DNA of 64,000 nt from Tubiluchus corallicola. Lineage: Eukaryota > Animalia > Priapulida. The translations under genes were made by a program, and so were the position numbers. The notes beneath the pieces are model-generated. The model worked only from the letters and a program-made list of their open reading frames with translations. It ran no database searches and had not been told where the DNA came from. Location of the stretch: contig JAQGDQ010000341.1 of the NCBI GenBank assembly GCA_030141605.1, positions 1 to 64,000 of the forward strand. Direction: 5' to 3'. The first letter of the stretch is position 1, and each line of letters opens with the position of its first letter. Of the stretch, positions 57,495 through 64,000 are shown piece after piece.

Positions 57495-57591
57495 CTATAG
57501 ATATGTGGGGGTGTCCTTCATAGGGTTTGGTTCTGCTAACGTGCCATCATCTCTGGCTTTATATCGATGCTTTACAAGCTCTCGTCTACGA
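57495..57591 (-). CDS. MRPL42: Mitochondrial ribosomal protein mL42, coding exon 4 (SRRRELVKHRYKARDDGTLAEPNPMKDTPTYL*)
   Basis: ttttcacttttcag acceptor; the phase continues exon 3; basic C-terminus ending at TAG. Confidence 0.8.
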
Positions 57592-58116
57592 CTGAAAAGT
57601 GAAAACAAATTGTGATTACAACTAGGCATTAGCCAATAGCAAAAAATGACATATTTTTAGATTTACTTATGCCAGTGCTTAATGGCTATCCTATATTATA
57701 CTAAATTGTTTATACTAAAAGCTACTGGAGCAACACACTGTAAGAGCATAGTACAGTTGTACCAAATTTGTCTATTCATTTGAAATAATTAACATTTAAA
57801 CTGAAAAGACTGTCACTCTGCAGTTTACAATGTCCCTGTGGCGACGAGAAACCTACAATATCTTACTTGCAGTACTAGAATGCATTAGACCCTCAAAATG
57901 ACAAAATCTTTAAAACACACATTTGTTAAATGTGTTCCTTATAACACATAATGTAGGATGCCTTGTGTGTAAGTGAATGTAAAATCTGCACACAGTAGTT
58001 TTAGCATAAGAATTATACGGCTCAGATTTGAAGTAATTTATGGTACATGTTTGAAGATGAATTCAATATCAAATCTTTCAACAATGAGCTACTGAGGGAG
58101 AGTTCGTTCAACTAAC

Positions 58117-58280
58117 CTGTGAGGAAACCAATGTGTCTTGTCATTGTGAAACATTTGCATTAGTTCTTTACGTGTTGGACCCTTGCGGTCTCTGAAGAAT
58201 CTTTCCTGGTAATCTTCGACATGCTGAACTTTCAGCACAGAAGAGCCGAACTGCAACTCTGATTCGGACCTCTCCAAAGG
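58117..58280 (-). CDS. MRPL42: Mitochondrial ribosomal protein mL42, coding exon 3 (PLERSESE...GPTRKELMQMFHNDKTHWFPH)
   Basis: Similar to mL42 [21 protein letters not shown], with canonical AG/GT boundaries. Confidence 0.9.
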
Positions 58281-58369
58281 CTGCAAGGCAAAATTTTTTA
58301 TTTATAAAAAACTAAATGATGTGGAGCTCAGTTAGTATCAAACTTGTTTTTTGAAGAAAAATATAATTA

Positions 58370-58920
58370 TCTTGCTATGACCACTAACTACTTCATTGTA
58401 ACAGGATGCTAATTCGCTAAAATGAGCTACTACCTTGTTAGGACGACTTACTACCTCATTATAACGGGATACTAATTCATTAAAATGAGCCACTACCTTG
58501 TTATAATGACTTACTACCTCGTTATAATAGATACTACCACATTATAACGAGAAATTTACATCATTATAACAGTTTAATATCTGATTATAATGACATAACA
58601 ATCTTGTTATAATGATGAAAAGATATCTTGCTATAATAGTATAAAGATACCTTGTAATAATGATGTAGCTATCTTGTTATAATGAGATACAACCTTATTA
58701 TAACGAGATATTAACTCTTTCTAGCGACTTACTACATCGTTACAAAATACTGACACGTTATCTCATTATAATAAGTTAGTAACCTAACCATACAGTAAGT
58801 CATTATAAAGAGGTAATAAGTTGTTATAATGCAGTAGTAAGTGGTTTGAACGAGTTACGTATCATGTTATAACGAGGTAGTAAGTCATTATAACGAGTTA
58901 GTATATCATCATATAATGAG
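58370..58920. repeat. Degenerate ttataacgag-type minisatellite with internal inversion (foldback-like) in MRPL42 intron 2
   Basis: Recurrent ~20-bp units; 58501-58527 is the exact reverse complement of 58867-58893. Confidence 0.75.
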
Positions 58921-59230
58921 ATAAAATGAGGTGTTCCTCTATTAATAATAATCTTGACATTAAGAATAATTAAACAATTAATACTTTTACTTGTTTGAAC
59001 TGGTAAAAGGGAATTTTCTAGTATTGTTACACTTTACCCAAGAAGACAACATGCCATATTATCAGCTGCTTCACGATTCATTGAAACGCAATGTAGTTAC
59101 ATGTAGGCACAAATTATAATTTATAGGCCTAATTATTACTAGAAAACTTAGGCATATACTGCAACTAACTTGTAAATTACCATATACCATGAGTAACAGT
59201 ATATACATGTATCATAAAATGTGCACTGAC

Positions 59231-59394
59231 CAGTGTATGTTCGTAAGGAAATTCTGGTTCTGGGTGATAACAAACAATAGTGCATCCATCATCGGTTACA
59301 GTGATTCCTTCTTTAGGTTCTTGAAAGTGTTGAAGCTTTTCTGTTATGCCAGTACTAGTAGTAGACTGCTCATGAGTTGTGGATGAAAATCCAC
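59231..59394 (-). CDS. MRPL42: Mitochondrial ribosomal protein mL42, coding exon 2 (...ITVTDDGCTIVCYHPEPEFPYEHTL)
   Basis: Matches mL42 [24 protein letters not shown]; tttttag acceptor and gtcagt donor. Confidence 0.92.
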
Positions 59395-59645
59395 CTAAAA
59401 ACATACATTAATTAATCAAGGTGTTGCCAGAGATGTGAGATTATATAAAAAATCAGAAGGAAAGCCCAGACTTCGCAGACATTAACGTCAAATAGTGAGT
59501 TTTGCATCTAACATATTAGTATCATTACACTAAGTAGTTGACTGGTATGCACAAGGAACATTACGCTCGTCTATTTGATTAGAACATCTTTTAATAAGAT
59601 TTTGAAGCTACAGTTCCTTACATAGGAATAGTTTTAAACTCTTAC

Positions 59646-59721
59646 GCTGAAAGAAATTTGAAAATCCAACAACTTTCTGACTAAAAACACGACATCGTAG
59701 ATACAAACTCCGCATAGCCAT
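59646..59721 (-). CDS. MRPL42: mL42 coding exon 1, mitochondrial presequence (MAMRSLYLRCRVFSQKVVGFSNFFQ)
   Basis: Arg-rich, acid-free N-terminus. Its gtaaga donor in phase 1 matches exon 2, and the four exons sum to 501 nt (166 aa + stop). Confidence 0.8.
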
Positions 59722-61268
59722 GCTTCGTAACTAAGCTGTACGTAAACGCAAAATGTCAGCATTGAACGAAGAACGGGTGAAAAACAAACGTGCCTCACTG
59801 TAGAACCGTACTGAGTCGCATACATGTAGCAATTACTAAACCATAAAGTAACTTTTAAATTCGCGAATACTTATTATCTTTCACTGAAATTTTCGGTGCT
59901 TATTCTTACTTAGTTTGACAACTTGCAAGCTAGAATACAACGTTCAATGATGGGTGATGCTGGAAGACATCTATATTAACCATGTGGGTCCCAAGTCTAT
60001 GTAATATGTCCTGATCAGCACCCGTACCAAGTTTGTACCCACTATGAAGTGTCTCAGCTTGTTTGCGCATACATATCCTTCCTCAAAGAGATGTAAACAA
60101 GCGCAATCAGTACTGTAAATGAATCCGCGCCATGCTATCTTGGCATCAAGTATTATAGTAGTTGTCTGTTTATTTATTGACCTGCATGCCAGGGAATTGC
60201 CAAACCTTGATAAATTGCTAACCATTAACCATCTTATTGGCTCTATTCACCTTACCCATACATTAATAAGCTTAATTAATATTTTTATAATTTATGCAAT
60301 CAACATGCTTGCAATGTTCACAGATTAATTTTGTTCAAGGCAAAAAAATTTACAATTAATTAAAGAATCATTTAATTAATTTTCGACGAATTGTTTGCTT
60401 AATTTATTTTAGTAAATTTATTTTATTTCTATTAATAATTTTATTTTTCTAATATGTTTTTTATTTATCAATATTCACTTTTTATTATTTACAATAATTT
60501 ATTATTGTTGTTACTTTCTGTTAACAACTTACATAAACTAAGACAAGAAAAAGATCTTGTCACCGATAACTAAAAGACAAAATTAACCAGCAATCTAGCT
60601 TAACCATTTACAATTACATAATATATTAATGCTAGGTAATGCCTACATAGTAGTAATATATTATGTAATACTGCATCAGACGTTAGCGTTTATCTGGTCT
60701 AACAGCCCCAGTGACCCCATTAACGTTATCATTAAAACAATATCAATGAATGGGCGTGTTGATAGCATTTAACACGTTAATGCACAGCTTTTCATTTTTG
60801 ACAAATGATAATCAACAAGGAAAATACATGCATTGAAATCCTCGTTTAAACTATCAAATCTTGTAGCGGTTTTGCACTTTTGAATTTTCGTGGAAGATTC
60901 ACTACTAAAAAGTGTCAGATAGGGTTTGGGTTTTTCTTTATTTTTTTTCTTGGTGGAAACACCCAAGAAAAAAATGACACAATTGGATAACTAAAGAACT
61001 TCACAGGCTTTCGAACCATGTATAACAGGATAAATTTTGTTAGCGTAATTTCTTGCAATAAGTCAACAACCTCTGAAAATAACACGTTTTTACTTACCAC
61101 ACAGGTCTTATTTATGAACTGCATTCAGTTCTTATAGCGGCCAACAAATCTAATTGAATTCCCGATCGCTTTATTTTTAATGACGCAGTTTTGCGCTGCA
61201 TTTGTGTTCATCAGGAAATACATCGTGCTTCGTGCGTTAAATCGTTATAACTAATTAGAGTATATAAT

Positions 61269-62162
61269 TGTTGGGAGCCGAGTGGACCACTGCGCCAAGT
61301 AGACCACTTGATGCGCTAAAAGTAGTGTCCTACATGGGCAGCCCAAGTAGGACACTAGCGATAAATGTAGGTGTTAGATGTAGGATTGTTTAGCTGTAGA
61401 CTTAAATATTAAGTGAGAATATTCCAGTGTTTATGAACTTTTGTCACGTTTTACCTTTTGTCAAGTTTTGGTTTATTGTGTTACTAGTAATAAGTTTTTT
61501 GAGTTTTTTGAGTCCCAACCAAAATGTTATTTTGTAATATTGTTGTAGCTTAGCCTGTTATTTACTTTGCTCGTATTTATTATTGTTTCCATAGTCATAT
61601 TTATTTTTATTTTGTATTACATTCTGTGAAAGTGCTTTGCTAATTTAGTCAAATATTTTCCTACTTGAATTGTATAAACATGTTTATAAAAATGCAGCTG
61701 ATAAATTTTTCTAACATTAATTCCAAATCCTCAGTGTGGATGAAAAATATTGGTTTGTTATAGCGATGTTGCCCTATGAACAAACTGATATTTTCAAAAC
61801 AAAACAAAATTGATTTTGAACTGAAATAGCAATCACTGTGTGTATGTATGAGTGGGCATAAACTGATCGCTTCAAAGGCAAGGTAGCCATCAAAAAAATT
61901 TTTGCTGAGCTAATTAAGTCCAACCTCTCGACCTCCTCGCGGTGCTTCTACCAGCTCAGAATAAAATTCTTTTATTTTATTAGATGTATAATAAATTATT
62001 CAACGTGTACTAACGTTTTTAATTATTATTATTACATAAACAAGCACAACGGACGGTATCAGTACACTTAACGACTCAATTCGCGACCTGTCTCTAGTGT
62101 CCTACTTGGGCAGCCCGTAGACCGCGGTCTACTTGGCGCAGTGGTCCACTCGGCTCCCAACA
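61269..62162. mobile_element. Non-autonomous DNA transposon, 894 bp, 37-bp perfect TIRs, 4-bp TAAT target duplication
   Basis: tgttgggagccgagtggaccactgcgccaagtagacc (61269-61305) is the exact reverse complement of 62126-62162. TAAT flanks both sides; the interior is AT-rich and non-coding. Confidence 0.88.
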
Positions 62163-62361
62163 TAATTATAGTGCTTGAATGCTCTTCTTGCAGAAATTTT
62201 TCATGTTCTGAATGTTAATACGCTAGAATAAAACTCGGTAATATCTTTTCAAGAGGCGTTTTCAGGTTTCCGTTTGTATTTACCCATCATCATTATCATG
62301 TTGTAGTTTTCTGCGCCAGACGGGAATTTGCGGCGATTCAGCTCTGTAAATTGTCATAAAA

Positions 62362-62666
62362 GTATGTATTTTTGGCTAGTATTCAGGCATTTTTAAAATT
62401 AGCTTTAGATACTAGTTCACGATTAATCAAGCCCTAGTGAATGAGCTTGTGTACTCCGGTAGCAGACAAATCTTGTCAGATATAATAAACTGTTTGATGG
62501 TAACCGGCAAGTGAAAGGATGAACATGTGTGCCGTCATTGCAATGTGCATATATGCTATATTTGTTCCTCTTTCCCCTCTGGGCCTCTCACTGGTTATTA
62601 GTGATGGGGCTTTAAGTAGGGATTAAGTCGTTTTTGGTATTTCACTTGTTTTTCTTTATCTTTCAG
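62362..62666 (+). other. TATDN1: Probable 5'UTR intron of TATDN1
   Basis: GTATGT donor at 62362; long pyrimidine tract plus ttcag acceptor ending at 62666, 59 nt before the ATG. Confidence 0.55.
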
Positions 62667-62725
62667 ACTTGAATTAGACAGCCAGGCTTTTCTGTTAAAA
62701 TTGTACGGTATTTTTATGCACAAAG

Positions 62726-63637
62726 ATGGCTTCGGGCAAGCTGTTAAAGTTTATTGATATTGGTGTGAATCTGACAGACCCAGTTTTCAGGGGCATTTAT
62801 CATGGCAAATCAAAACATATTGACGACTTTTCTGCTGTTTTAAAGCGAGCATTTGATGTGGGCATGCAAAAAATGCTTGTTACTGGAGGTAGTCTAAAGG
62901 ATAGCGAAGAAGCACTGCAATTGGCAAGTGATAACGAGTGTCTTTACTGCACTGTGGGGTGTCATCCAACGCGTTGTCAAAATTTTGAAGAATTTGGGGC
63001 AGATGCATACATGAACGACTTACAGACTTTGGCACTAAAAAATCCCGAGAAGGTGGTAGCAGTTGGAGAATGCGGTTTAGATTATGACAGACTGCATTTT
63101 TGTCCCAAAGAAATTCAATTGAAATATTTTGAGAAACAAATAGACATTGCGGAATCAACGAGACTTCCTATGTTTCTTCACAACCGCAACTCAACTAAAG
63201 ATTTGGTTGAGATTCTTCGGCGGAATCGGGACCGTTACATTGGTGGTGTTGTGCATTCATTCACAGGATCCAAGCAAGATGTTGGTGACATTCTTGATTT
63301 GGACTTGTACATTGGAATTAATGGCTGTTCTTTAAAGACACACGAAAACATTGAAGCAATGTGTACCATACCTTCTAATAGACTCATGATAGAAACAGAT
63401 GCCCCCTGGTGTGAAATTAAACCTACTCATGCCGGATACAGCTGCATTAAAACAAAGTTTCCGTCAAGGAAAAAGGAAAAATGGGAAGACGGTTGTTGTG
63501 TGAAAGGACGCAATGAACCTGCACATATTGTTCAGGTCTTAGAGATAGTGGCTGCATCAAGAGAAGAAGATATAGAAGAACTCTGTAGTGCAATTTATCA
63601 CAACTCTGTAAAGCTTTTCTTCAATCATGAAAGTTAA
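62726..63637 (+). CDS. TATDN1: TatD-family deoxyribonuclease TATDN1, 303 aa, intronless CDS
   Basis: Motifs [65 protein letters not shown] and KGRNEP. Confidence 0.96.
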   Translation: MASGKLLKFIDIGVNLTDPVFRGIYHGKSKHIDDFSAVLKRAFDVGMQKMLVTGGSLKDSEEALQLASDNECLYCTVGCHPTRCQNFEEFGADAYMNDLQTLALKNPEKVVAVGECGLDYDRLHFCPKEIQLKYFEKQIDIAESTRLPMFLHNRNSTKDLVEILRRNRDRYIGGVVHSFTGSKQDVGDILDLDLYIGINGCSLKTHENIEAMCTIPSNRLMIETDAPWCEIKPTHAGYSCIKTKFPSRKKEKWEDGCCVKGRNEPAHIVQVLEIVAASREEDIEELCSAIYHNSVKLFFNHES

Positions 63638-64000
63638 CAAACATCATTGATTAGTGAAATTCATACAAACATCGTGGTAACTCTAATTGTGGTTGTACAT
63701 AAAGTTACAAAAATATTTAGGTATAATTGTGAATTTGAATGGTTTACGGTCATTTTTGTGACTCATTGCGGACAATGTATCATTGACGAACTTGCCTTTC
63801 ATTTTGAAAAAGTTTGTGATGAGAAATTTCTTTAGGTAGGCCTAGATATGTTTGCTTAAATTGTTAAATACAGAATTTTTGAAGTAAAACAAACTCCGGT
63901 GCAAGAAAAATGTGTGGATGCATTGAAAACAAAAGTTAAAACAAAAGTCTAAAGTGAATTTTAAAATGTTACAGTTTATGTATTAAAATGTCTGGTAAAA

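Overview
AT-rich animal genomic DNA. A lophotrochozoan (possibly mollusc) is my low-confidence inference from gene content and repeat style. The left half, which the ORF track leaves looking gene-free, holds the 5' end of a minus-strand inositol 1,4,5-trisphosphate receptor (ITPR) gene in small exons separated by long introns. It has TWO paralogous first coding exons (1A at 32991-33094, 1B at 26611-26747). Each encodes the start of the suppressor domain and ends in STL-GG|GT, in phase with a shared exon 2 (24115-24185) and exon 3 (19700-19842). The exon 1B splice donor is triplicated by a perfect 42-bp repeat, and its extra donors lie past an in-frame stop. A ~1.3-kb near-perfect inverted repeat (131-1416 / 3114-4389) sits in the presumed next ITPR intron. 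The right half has two divergent C2H2 zinc-finger genes, eIF3J and TATDN1 (each with an intronless CDS but an apparent 5'UTR intron), a four-coding-exon MRPL42 on the minus strand, and several MITE/foldback, SINE/LINE-tail, mini- and microsatellite repeats. No rRNA, CRISPR or convincing functional tRNA was seen.
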